A stretch of DNA of 64,000 nucleotides from assembly GCF_001194135.2 (NCBI RefSeq), contig NC_069009.1:953450-1017449 (forward strand), given 5' to 3'. Shown piece after piece: positions 52,155-63,988 of the stretch (position 1 is the stretch's first letter; each line of letters begins with the position of its first letter). The stretch comes from Octopus bimaculoides (taxonomy: Eukaryota). Under the pieces are notes generated by a model that saw nothing but the letters and a program-made list of their open reading frames with translations, had not been told where the DNA came from and made no database searches. The translations under genes and the position numbers were made by a program.

Positions 52155-55100
52155 TTAAATGATGACAGCATTTATAATCCCGATGACAAAGATGAAGTGG
52201 GTTCTGAGGCCGCTGGTTCCTTGTGCACCATCTGCAAAAAAATTTCAGTGTGATATCACTATATGTCACAGATATTGGTGTCGTATCACATATAAAGATC
52301 AACAATAAAACATATCATCTATATACCCTTTTCATTCCAACTTGCTCAAGACTGTGGCCATGCTGGAGCACCGCCTTTATAGTCTAGCAAATCGACCCCA
52401 GGACTTATTCATTGTAAGCCTAGTACTTATTCTATCGGCTCACTTTTGCCGAACCGCTAAGTTACAGGGGCGTAAACACACCAGCATCGGTTGTCAAGCA
52501 ATGCTGGGGGGGGGGGCGCAAGCAGACACACAAGCACACACATACATATATATACGTATACATATACGACGGGCTTCTTCCAGTTTCCGTCTACCAAATC
52601 CAATCACAAGGCTTTGGTCGGCCCGAGGCTATAGTAGAAGACACTTGTCCAAGGTGCCACGCAGTGGGACTGAACCCGGAACCATGTGGTTGGTAAGCAA
52701 GCTACTTACCACACAGCCACTCCTGCACCTATAAGCTACTTACCACACAGCCACCCCTGGAATTATTAATATTATAAATTATTTCCTTACTGCTTATCTT
52801 CAAATCGGTTGTTCCAAAGTTGATATTGTAGTCCGCAAACATCCAGGTCAAACAATCCTCTGTTACTTTTGTTATCGAAAGAGTAGAAGTATTCCCACTC
52901 TGCATAACTTTATAGTTAGTCCCGTTAGCACATGTCCTGTCACATTCATATTTATAATTGTTGCACCTCCAAACCACTGGTCTTCGCATATTTGGTACTG
53001 TAATATTGAGGGTGGCTTCTCCATTGAGCTTAATATTTTCTGAAATAAAGAAATCAGATAAGAAATTTGCTTCCCAAAAACATGGTTCTGGGTTCAGTCC
53101 CACTGTGCAACACCTTTGCCAAGTGTTTTCTACTACAGCCTCGACTATCATAATTGCAGCTACATGGTAATCAAATGAGTGGTGGTGCAGTAAAAAAAAT
53201 GCACCCACTACACTTTGTAAAGGGGTCAGTTTTAGGAAGGTCATCAAGAAATAGGAACCTTGACAATGCATGGAATGGAGCTTGCCACAATGTTGGCTTG
53301 TTGGATCCATGGCAAGATTGAAGGTGGCCATTTTATAAGTACCCTCACACAGGCCATCTCGACCCTGGTTGAAACCCACTGCTCCAGTGCTTCCCTGGTG
53401 TGTATTTCTGGCTCTTTAACCTTTCTCAATGGTCAAGTTAAAAATTTAAAGAAACCAAAAAGCAAAATAGTGACTAAAAAAGCTATGAGTTAAGAGAAAG
53501 AAATAGAAAACAGAACTGAAAAGATAGTGTCTAGTTTAAAAAGGAGAAAAATGTTTGTGAATCTATTTACCACTTTGGATAATTTCATAAATCCCTGCAC
53601 TTGCCAAACCTGTAAAAGATGAAAACATTAAGTTTTGATTTTCAGATGATATAATTCAAAACAATGTGAATAAACAAACAGTACATTAGACAGTAATTTG
53701 ATTGCCAAAGGGTTAAGCCAGCCATATCTGGCCCAAATATTACATAGGCGCAGGAGTGGCTGTGTGGTAAGTAGATTGCTTACCAACCATATGGCTGCGG
53801 GTTCAGTCCCACTGCGTGGCACCTTGGGCCGACCAAAGCCTTGTGAGTGGATTTGGTAGACGGGAACTGAAAGAAGCCCGTCGTATATATTCAATAAACT
53901 GGGATATTATGGCAGGAAGAACATCTGATTGTATATAAAGAAAACTCTGATCACAAGTATGGAAAATTAGGTGTTCAAACAATGATGATGGTGAAAAGAT
54001 AACCCTGAAATCTTTCATATGACAAAACTGTCGCTAACATTGGTTTATCTGTTTATTTCAGGTCCAGTTGTGTTAAGAGGAAATGTCACTTTTCATACTG
54101 AAGAAATAGCCAATATGAAAAGGTCTATTATCTGGGAAAATGGTCGTTGCAGTCTCAGATATGCCAATACATGCTGCAACAATGGTAACTATGAAGTTAG
54201 CCACACTGGTAACATTTCTACTCTTTGGATCCAAAGTGTCTCTCAGGAAGATATGACTTGAGTTTTTCGAAGTGACAATCTCTGCTATGCGAAAATTACT
54301 GTGGTGACAAAAAGCAAGGAAATTACTTCTGCTAATAATAACAACAATAATTTCATCAATCCCCAAGAAGATGAAAGACAATACCACAGAACAATCAATC
54401 ATCTCTTGTATATGGATGATCTTAAAACTGTATGCTGCAAATGATAAACAAATGGAAACTTTATTACAGACAGTACATGGATTTACCAAAGAAATAAATA
54501 TGAAATCTAGCTTGGAAAAATGTACCAACGCAACCTTGAAAAGAGGAAAACTAGTTAAGAGTAGCAACATCACACTAGATAAAGCAAATGAAGTAAGAGA
54601 ATTAGACCAAAGCCTTCCCACCAGAAATACATGAAGTTAAAAAAAAAATACAAAGCCCAGTCCTGGCTAAGAAGGAACATATTCAGAGACATGACTGAGT
54701 TGGGACCTATATACACTGGAAGCTATGCCAACACTATGGAATAACAACAGAAAAAGATGTTATAAGCTCACCCCAGAAAAGGTCACAGAAAATGAGAAAG
54801 TAACCATATTCTGGGATATGTCAATATGCACAGATAGAGAATTCAAGGCCAATAGACCAGATATAGTTGTCAGAGATCACCAAGATCATCAGAAATCACC
54901 ATTGTAGACATATGTTGAGAGGAATTCTTCGGGGTTTGGAGAACTTACCTTTGGAAACATGGGTGTTTCATTCAACATCCTTAAACAACTCTTATTCAGG
55001 GACCTTTTGAGCAGGATGGGCTACTCAACCTGAAGAAAATTCTAACTGGGCCCCACTTGCAAGGTCATGCACTGTTCATCTTGATATGAGATCACCATGT

Positions 55101-56260
55101 CGTGCACATATGGTTGTGATGCAAGTGCTTGGTGTACCCTTATCAGACGGGTAGTCATGATGGGTATAATGGGCTTTGTATATTTTACCCCAGTGTCACT
55201 TTGATGGCATGCACTGCTCTCTCACTCAATAATAATAATAATAATAATGATAATCATCACTGAACAAATATTTTTATAATACTTAAGCAAAATTAAAAAT
55301 TTGTAACTTTCAGGGTTTTCTTCTGTGTTTTTTTCTTTTTTCTTTTTTTCTTTCTTTTACCTGTTTTGAATTAATAGATCTTCATAATAATCCCTGCTGA
55401 GATATATTCGTAGTTGACTGAATGGATTGGTTAGTTTCAGTCTCTAGGATCACCTGTCTATATTACAATTTATTTGTTGAACATCTGACATGTGGCGCAC
55501 TTGTGCCCTTGTGCAGACAATGTTGATTTGATGGAAGGAGGGAGTTAATGTACAACTCACACATTTGATCCCTATAAGTAAATAATTTGTGCAGGGCTTC
55601 CAGTCAAAACTGCACACTGATATGTCATCTTTGACAGCAGATTCTGTTATATCTTCTACTATATAAATGCAAGTGTATGTGGTTATGTAGCTGTGTTTAG
55701 CCCCCAAAAGGCTGATTTTGGCCATTCGTTTTTGCATTACACACTCAAAAACCATAGGGGAAACCTTTTCAGTAAAAGTTTATTTATCACTTCACGATTT
55801 GACAGAGGACACCACATAAGTTGGATTATCTCTGTTTTGATGGGTACTTTTCAACTTCAGCATTGGAGGCAGACATTAAATGATGATGATGATGATTGTG
55901 TAGATTAGGATTATATCAGAAGTTAATATGGAAACAATTTGGTTGGCATGTACATATTAGTACTGACAAATTTCAAGTTTCATCTTGTAGATATATGTGC
56001 TGTGTGTGAGCCTGCCATTTTTTTCCTTAAATAAATATTCAAAAACCTTTATTTCATTTTCATGTGTGTGGTGAAAAAACAATTTGAAAAATCCCTCTCA
56101 AAACAGAGAAAATCCAATTTATGTGGGTGACCAATTCCAGACTTCTGTTTACTTGTATAGTTATGCCTCAACAAGAATGAATTTTTAAGAAAAAAAAAAA
56201 AAAAAAAACAAACTTACAACATAATGCAGACAAACAACAGAAGAACTTTAGAATGTCCAT
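52155..56260 (-). CDS. Predicted GPI-anchored single Ig-like-domain glycoprotein, 135 aa; complement(join(52155..52231,52791..53039,53571..53609,56218..56260))
   Basis: GT-AG phase-1 introns; 408 nt in frame. MDILKFFCCLSALCCLASA|GIYEIIQSENIKLNGEATL...LKISNGAQGTSGLRTHFIFVIGIINAVII*. Coding indels versus the paralog are multiples of 3. Confidence 0.82.
52350..52730 (-). mobile_element. Composite tRNA-derived SINE (AGGTGCAGGAGTGGCTGTGTGGTAAG...GGTTCAGTCCC head) in intron 3 of the minus-strand Ig-like gene
   Basis: More than 10 related copies in the window (e.g. 12855-13015, 53745-53890, 57300-57692, 59820-59990). Confidence 0.8.
54062..54313 (+). pseudogene. Diverged Ig-like exon with in-frame TGA (54259-54261) at a conserved Trp and a GC donor, nested antisense in intron 1 of the 52155-56260 gene
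   Basis: GPVVLRGNVTF..ANMKRSIIW...YEVSHTGNISTLWIQSVSQEDMT*VF aligns with both intact exons; acceptor TTTATTTCAG is conserved. Confidence 0.75.
54345..55248 (+). mobile_element. Internally deleted RLE-type non-LTR retrotransposon relic (R4/Dong-like), flanked by (AAT)n
   Basis: NHLLYMDDLK (RT), LAKKEHIQRHD, and ENEKVTIFWDMSICTDREFKANRPDIVV (restriction-like endonuclease). Whether 54900-55248 belongs to the same element is inferred. Confidence 0.7.
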
Positions 56261-56352
56261 AATCTGTAAAAATAATTTTCTGAAACTGAAAAACAACAAA
56301 AATTATTCCAGTTACACTAATTTCACAACAAACAAGCAGTGGTGGATATCTA

Positions 56353-56585
56353 TTGGGTTGGTGCATAATTATTGTGGGTTTTTTTCAACAAAAACAATAG
56401 CAATATTTAAGAAAAACATCTTTAAATGACGGTCTGACCGTCTGCCAAGCAAATGGGAAGCAGTAATAGAAGGAGATGGTGAACATGCTCCAGAATAATT
56501 ATTTAAAGATGTTTTTGTTACATGTTATTTTTTTAGTTGAATAAAATTTGTTGAAAAAAGCCGCAATAATTATGCACCAACCCAA
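56353..56585 (+). mobile_element. Internally deleted mariner element (Hsmar1/cecropia-like TIR), TA TSD
   Basis: TA|TTGGGTTGGTGCATAATTATTG...CAATAATTATGCACCAACCCAA|TA; the interior encodes DGLTVCQ/LPSKWEAVIEGDGEH-like transposase C-terminal remnants (frameshifted). Confidence 0.85.
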
Positions 56586-57299
56586 TAATCAGGAGTCAAG
56601 ACGAATAATTCTAAAAAATAAATATTTTCAATTCCACCTTTCGTTATTATAATCTTTAATATCTGACGTGTATTTCTGGAGATTTTCGTTAAAATAATGC
56701 GCATTTTTTTCCAGAAAGATAAAGCCGTTGAGTGGAGCATAATTCTGTACTTGGGAATGTAATTACATTGTTATGTATTTGTCAAAGGTTTTAACTGATT
56801 CTGTTATTTACAAGCATTGTCAACTTACCGTTTTTCGGGAACGAATACAGTGCAGATGCTTCAATTTAAATCTGGTCTAGTGAGTCCCTCGCCTGAAATT
56901 CAATGATAAGTGTCATTCAGATCCTATTTAAGGAGTTGCTCGGATCCTGTCGTATTGAACGCCATGGCGACTTCTTAATACCTTGCATATTCACACGCAT
57001 ACACACACGTATATACACACACACACACACAGAAGGGAGAGAGAGAGAGGGTGTAATGTTTCAAAGAATGTGTACAAGAAAGGGTTTTTGTTCTGCAATT
57101 TTAGTAAACATTGCTTTTATCTATTATTTTTCAGCTGTTATATATAAGTGTTAATACATATAACAAAAGATATTGTGTATGTTTTAATATATATAACAAT
57201 AGATATTGCGTATGTTTTAATATATATATATAACAATAGATATTGCGTATGTTTTAATATATATATATAACAATAGATATTGCGTATGTTTTAATATAC

Positions 57300-57692
57300 T
57301 CTTTTACTTGTTTCAGTCATTTGACTGTGGCCATGCTGGAGCACCACCTTTAGTCGAGAAAATCGACCCCAGGACTTACACTTTGTAAGCCTAGTACTTA
57401 TTCTATCGGTCTCTTTTTGCCAAACCGCTAAGTTACGGGGACGTAAACACACCAGCATCAGTTGTCAAGCGATGGTGGGGGAGACAAACATACAAACATA
57501 TACACACACATATATATATACATATATACGACGGGTTTCTTTCAGTTTCCGTCTACCAAATCCACTCACAAGGCTTTGGTCGGCCCGAGGCTATAGTAGA
57601 AGACACTTGCCAAAGGTGCCACGCAGTGGGACTGAACTCGGAACCATGTGGTTTGTAAGCAAGCTAATTACCACACGGCCACTCCTGCACCT
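57300..57692 (-). mobile_element. Composite SINE, same as 52350-52730
   Basis: Near-identical sequence. Confidence 0.8.
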
Positions 57693-58239
57693 ACATATAT
57701 AACAGAAACTCCAATGATTGTTTCCTTGAAGTTAGAGGTGATGATTGATATTTCTGATATGTTTTTATTCCATCTAAAGATTACAAAAGATGACTGAAGA
57801 AACGTTTATTTGAAATGAGGACATTTTTCTCCAATATGCTAATAACTTTCATGTGACACTTTTGAAATGCCAGCAGAATGTCAGTGCCAGTTAATTACTA
57901 AAGGAATTTTATCACAAATTCTACAGTGGTCGCTAAAATTATGCATGGGAGTTTGAATTTCCTTGCTAATTATAGCTAATTATGTCATTCGTGATTTCCT
58001 CTGTAATCATGTTTCACATAAATCCGAAATCCCACTTTTCGAGGATAAAACGAATTTGTACTCATATAGAGAATTACTGACATGAAAATGCTTTTGCATA
58101 TTTTGTCACAAAATAATGGTAACGCGGTTACCATTATGTGAAAGGAAACCACAAATGACATAGCTAAAATTAGGAAAGAAAGTCAAACTTCTACACATAA
58201 TTTTTAGCAAAGTACAATATGTAACAGGATTCTTTAAGT

Positions 58240-58800
58240 GATTAATTGGCATCAAAATTCTGCTGGCATTTCAAAAGTGTTACATGAAAGTTACCAGCAT
58301 ATTGCTGAAAAATTTCCTCGTTTCAAACGAATATTCCCTCAGACACTTTTTGTTGCTTTTAGACAGTATAAAAATATAAGAGAACTATTAACCACTTCCT
58401 CTAACTCCAAAAACACTACCATTGGAGTTCCTTGAGCACTACTCCGTTAAAAACAGCCGCAGGAGAGGTGAGCCCTGTTCATCGTGCAACAACATGAGTC
58501 AAGGCAATTCCACCAGGAATCAACAGAAATGTTATGATTTCTACAGAAGATGAGACATGTAGAGATTCTCATTTGGTGTACGTGGCAGAATGCACGAAAC
58601 ACGACTTGATTTATGTTGGTTGTACAACAGAACAATTAAACAAAAGATTCAATGGACGCAGATATGACGTCAGGCACAGTGGCAGTGGTTCGATAGAACT
58701 TTCTGAACATTTTATTATGTCCAGTGGCTACAGTTTTGAGGAATACCTGAAAGTGCACATTCTCAGAAAAATTCTGAATCTACTACACTTTCAGTTCTCA
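58240..58800 (+). mobile_element. Decayed Penelope-like element C-terminus (GIY-YIG endonuclease)
   Basis: FVAFRQYKNIRELL linker, EPCSSC motif, CRDSHLVYVAECTKHDLIYVGCTTEQLNKRFNGRRYD. Confidence 0.75.
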
Positions 58801-59282
58801 AAATGCACGAGGACAAATTTCTCTTGAAATGCACTGCCTTTGCTTCAATTAATTTTGGAAATAATGAGGAATTTAGTAAAATAACTACATTGTCATTTAG
58901 CTGTTGTTTGCAATATAAATTAACCTGAAATTTTAATGAATGGCATGGCTGTGTGGTAGGAAATTTGCTTCCCAACCACATGGTTCTGGGTTCAGTCCCA
59001 CTGTATGGCAACTTGGGTATGTATCTTAAAAGAAGCCCATCATATATATGCATGTGTGTGTGTGTGTGTGTTTGTCCTCCACCACTAATTGACAACTAGT
59101 GCTGGTCTGTTTATGTCCTCATTCACAAATGAGCTTTTTGACAAAAGAGACGGGGCCCTGAAAAAGTAAGTGCTGGGGTGCCCCAGCATGGCCACTGACT
59201 AATGACTGAAACAAGTAAGGGATAAATGATGTGCTGGTGATGCCAACATTGCCTTTGATCTGCATGAGAGAACGGAACAGTT

Positions 59283-59400
59283 AAACACACAGACACACAC
59301 ACACACAAACACACACACAGAAAAACACACACACAGAAAAACACACACACAGAAAAAAACACACACACACACACACAGAAACACACACACAAACACACAT
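59283..59400. repeat. Compound (CA)n microsatellite
   Basis: Directly visible. Confidence 0.9.
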
Positions 59401-62133
59401 CTAGAGAGAGAGAGAATCAACAGAAGATGAGATTCAGAGACGCTCAATACAGGCTATTCCACAATTAACTATCTATTTCAATGAAATCAAGCAAATTTTT
59501 AAAGAACTGACAAAATTTTATGCTTATTACTTATGGTACCAACGCAAATTTTACATCACAACTTTATTGAAAATTTTCAACATGTATTCCTGAAAAATTC
59601 AAATCTATCATCTGCATTGCTAAACACATTTGGAAATATTTCAGGAGTTACCTTCTGCATGGCTAACTAAATGCATTCTTTAAGTTCAGCTGAACTATTG
59701 TTTCATCCGGGAGACGGAAATAGAGAAAATGACTGCAGGGAAATTGAGAAAAGCTGTCACGAAGAGATAAGGAATGAAAATAAAATTATTAACAAAATTA
59801 TAAATTTAATCACTTAACATAGGCACAGGAGTGGCTGTGTATTAAATAGCTTGTTTACCAACCACCTGGTTCCGGGTTCTTTTCCCATTGTGTGGTACCT
59901 CGGGAAAGTGTCTTCTACTATAGCCTCAGGCTGACCAAAGCTTTGTGTGTGAATTTGGTAGAGGGAAACTGAAAGAAGCCCATCATATATATCTATATAT
60001 ATATGCATGTGTGTGTATATGTTTGTGTGTCTGTGTTTGTTCCCCCAACATCACTTGACAACCGATGGTGGTGCGTTGATGTCCCTGTAACTTAGCGGTT
60101 TGGCAAAAGAGACCGATAGAATAAGTCCTGGGGTCAAAACCACGATCCTATGACCGCAAGTCCACTGCCCTAACCACTGGGCCATTGCGCCTCCACAAAG
60201 GATGAACTAATTATTAAGTAAACATATATTTCAACAAAACATGCACTAAATTGAATTTGATAGGTCTTATAGAGCCTAAACTTAGCATGAAATTATTGCA
60301 TTGATAATGTTGTTTATTCCGTCTCACTACTGTAAACAACATGTGGAGAACCACTACGCAAACTGGGCAGATATTCTTGTACATGTAAATTGTGTTTTTC
60401 TTTGAGAAATATTGGTAAAATTCTGCCAATAAGAAGAGACCATTAAGATTTTATTGAAATAGTGTCATATCTCAGAATTTCATGATTTATTTACCTTCAC
60501 ATCTATTAAAAATGTGCCAAAACTCAAGTTTTTGTGGCCTGCTGTTTTGAATTTACCCAAGTCTGTGTCGTATCTTGCTCGACACTGTTATGTCCTGTAT
60601 TATAACGGCGTAATTTGCCATCAGCCTGACTGGCCTAAACTGCATGACTGGCTGCAAATCGCATTCCACACATTGTGGCTGTCTACTATTTTTTAAGATT
60701 TTTTTTTTTCTACACACAGTATCATTATTTTATTTTCATTCTCCATTTTTTTTCTGCACATAATCATTATTATTTTTCTGTCGTTTTCATTTTCTATATA
60801 GGACAAAAAAAATTTTTTTTCTTTCAATTTCTTATCATAGAGCAATTACCATAATTTTTTTTCAACACTTAAGTATTATGCAGAATAACAGTATGAAACA
60901 CTGCAAAATCAACCTGTGACCCCTTTTGTAACGCTTTATCCCATTGTCTCTTCGAGTTCTACTTATTCTATTTTAAGCAAAACAAAAGAGACACTTCGGA
61001 TAAAAGGTCATTGTGAGATCACAGGCTGTTCGAGGAAAGAGTTTAAACAAAGACATGAAAATAACAATAATAAGAACACTCAGAGAGCACAAACCTCCAC
61101 CTGTAGTACGTAGTTTGCTTACGAACCACATGGTTCCGGGTTCAGTCACACACACACACACACAATGTGCACAAGCATTACAGTGTTGTCCTCCACTTTA
61201 AACTATTAATATGCCAGCTGCTGCTACTCTTGCCATGTTTTTCTGACCCAATAAAAGCTATAGATTATATTCTGTTTTTTTCCAAAGTTTTTTATTACAC
61301 TGTCTCACTAAGAGAAATTTAATACTAACTGAACCAATTACATTTCATGACTCATATACACACACACACACACACATACACAAAGTGTGCACTAGCATTA
61401 GATTGTTTAAATCCACTTTATACTACGAACTGTCAGCTGCTGCATTTAAAGTCTTGCCTTGTATTTGCCTTGTGTCAATAAAAGTTGTGTTGTGTTGGCA
61501 CTCCGTCGCTTATGACGTCGAGGGTTCCAGTTGAGCCGATCAATGGAATTATATATACTGTGTGGCAAAAAGTGAAAATAAAGTGTTCATTTTTTTTTCC
61601 TTTACAACTGAAAGTGTTGGAGATTTCCAAAGAGGTTTGTTTTCTTTCTACAAAATGAAACTTGAAAGTGCATTTCTAAACAATATGAGAACCGAAATAA
61701 CAGCCAAATCTCCAACAAACTCTCTTGATACACGCCCACACATATCTGTATGTGATGTACATACAACATAGAAGTTGGCACTCCGTCGCTTACGACGACG
61801 AGGGTTCCAGTTGATCCGATCAACGGAACAGCCTGCTCGTGAAATTAACGTGCAAGTGGCTGAGCTCTCCACAGACACGTGTACCCTTAACGTAGTTCTC
61901 GGGGATATTNNNNNNNNNNNNNNNNNNNNNNNNNNNNNNNNNNNNNNNNNNNNNNNNNNNNNNNNNNNNNNNNNNNNNNNNNNNNNNNNNNNNNNNNNNN
62001 NNNNNNNNNNNNNNNNNNNNNNNNNNNNNNNNNNNNNNNNNNNNNNNNNNNNNNNNNNNNNNNNNNNNNNNNNNNNNNNNNNNNNNNNNNNNNNNNNNNN
62101 NNNNNNNNNNNNNNNNNNNNNNNNNNNNNNNNN

Positions 62134-62557
62134 NCGCCCACACATATCTGTATGTGATGTACATACAACATAGAAGTTGGCACTCCGTCGCTTACGACGA
62201 CGAGGGTTCCAGTTGATCCGATCAACGGAACAGCCTGCTCGTGAAATTAACGTGCAAGTGGCTGAGCATTCCACAGACACGTGTACCCTTAACGTAGTTC
62301 TCAGGGATATTCAGCGTGACACAGTGTGACAAGGCTGACCCTTTGAATTACAGGCACAGCAGAAACAGGAAGAAAGAGTGAGAGAAAGTTGTGGTGGAAG
62401 AGTACAGCAGAGTTCGCCACCGTCCCCTGCCGGAGCCTCGTGGAGCTTTAGGTGTTTTCGCTCAATTAACACTCGCAACGCCTGGTCTGGGAATCGAAAC
62501 AGCGATCCTATGACCGCGAGTCCCCTGCCCTAACCACTGGGCCATTGCGCCTCCACA
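62134..62557 (-). mobile_element. tRNA-headed SINE (A box TGGCCCAGTGG, B box GTTTCGATTCC)
   Basis: Head at 62557 on the minus strand; partial copies at 60136-60197, ~41322-41360, 61494-61546 and 61735-61909. Confidence 0.75.
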
Positions 62558-63098
62558 CTTTGTATTATATTGTGGTAGTATGACAAAATAAGGTGTCCCC
62601 AGAAATAATTCATATCTACATACAATCTGCCAGGAATGTGTTTGATATGAAACATTAAGATATCCAAAGGATTGGGCTGTTAACCGCTAAATTCTTATCA
62701 TCATTGGTAGCTTGCCTCACCAAGGTGTCAAGTGATGCCTGTGAGGGCACTTGACTATGTTTTTCTCTTTCTTCTCTTCTCTTCCCCCTATTCCTTTTTT
62801 TTTCTGCTTTCCTTTTCTATTTTTTTTTTGTCTTTCTTTTGTAAAATTTTATATTATGGAAGAATCATGACTATCGTTGAAGGTTTGTATTTTAATTAGA
62901 TAAATAAGTTAAAAAAATTAAGCAATGTGTTTGTGGAGCATATGCAGTCGTAGCTGAGTGGTAAGAAGCTTGCTTCTCAACCACATGGTTCCAGGTTCAG
63001 TCCCACTGTGTAACACTTAGGCAAGTGTCGTTTACTATAGCCTCAAGCCGACCATAACCTTGTGAGTGGATTTGGTAGAGGGAATTTGAAAGAACCCG

Positions 63099-63190
63099 TG
63101 GCTGAAGAGCGCGGCTATCCATGTAAACTGATGCGAATTGCAGGACTCAGTGAACATTGACACCTTGAACGCACATTGCGGCCCCCGGAT
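63099..63190 (+). pseudogene. 5.8S rRNA fragment fused to a SINE 3' end
   Basis: GAAGAGCGCGGCTA...GCGAATTGCAGGAC..AGTGAACATTGACACCTTGAACGCACATTGCGGCCCC matches the conserved 5.8S core; no ITS, 18S or 28S nearby. Confidence 0.8.
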
Positions 63191-63759
63191 CCCATCGTCC
63201 CAGCCCCCCGTTTGGTCGAAAGTATAAAAAAGGGCGGTGAGCTGGCAGAAACGTTAGCATGCCTGGCGAAATGCTTAGCGGTATTTCGTGTGCTGTTATG
63301 TTCTGAGTTCAAATTTCGCTGATGTCGACTTTGCCTTTCATCCTTTCGAGGTCGATATAAAACCATGGGGAATTTTCTAGGTCATTTGTGGCCGAAGGGA
63401 GGTCTTTACCCCTTACTATCCTATACACTCTGAAAAGGTATTTATTGAAAACTTTGTAAAAAATACTCATTTTCCTGAAAGTTTCGAGTAAAGAAAGCAG
63501 CCATGTGTGAATNNNNNNNNNNNNNNNNNNNNNNNNNNNNNNNNNNNNNNNNNNNNNNNNNNNNNNNNNNNNNNNNNNNNNNNNNNNNNNNNNNNNNNNN
63601 NNNNNNNNNNNNNNNNNNNNNNNNNNNNNNNNNNNNNNNNNNNNAGAGCGTAGCTCGAAACGTCAAAGACTTTCCGTATTCCCGAGCGTCATACTAATAT
63701 ATACTTTTGTTATTTACACCACCTGTCCTCGTCTGTTGTTATTTTTTGTATATTCTCCC

Positions 63760-63791
<32 letters not shown>

Positions 63792-63814
63792 TTGTGTGTC
63801 TGTGTTTGTCCTCC

Positions 63815-63988
63815 CAACATCGCTTGCTGGTGTGTTTACGTCCCCGTAACTTAGCGGTTCGGCAAAAGACAGTGCGATAGAATAAGTACTAGGCTTCCAA
63901 AGAATAAGTCCTGGGGTCGATTTGCTCGACTATAAAGGCAGTGCTCCAGCATGGCCACAGTCAAATGACTGAAACAAGTAAAAGAGTA
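63815..63988. mobile_element. SINE-like repeat (family of 10832-11000)
   Basis: Near-identical sequence. Confidence 0.7.

Noticed and set aside
52729-53379. 216-aa ORF as a single-exon gene (also 40322-40699)
   Set aside because: Its flanks are SINE and intron sequence; only the AG/GT-bounded 249-nt core is conserved between paralogs.
61735-62310. Direct repeat on both sides of an N gap (also 51021-51130 and 18405-18860)
   Set aside because: Near-identical sequence flanking gaps is the usual signature of unmerged contig overlaps; treated as an assembly artefact.
62480-62557. tRNA-like A/B boxes
   Set aside because: No convincing cloverleaf or acceptor stem; it continues into a repeated SINE body, so it is a SINE head and not a tRNA gene.
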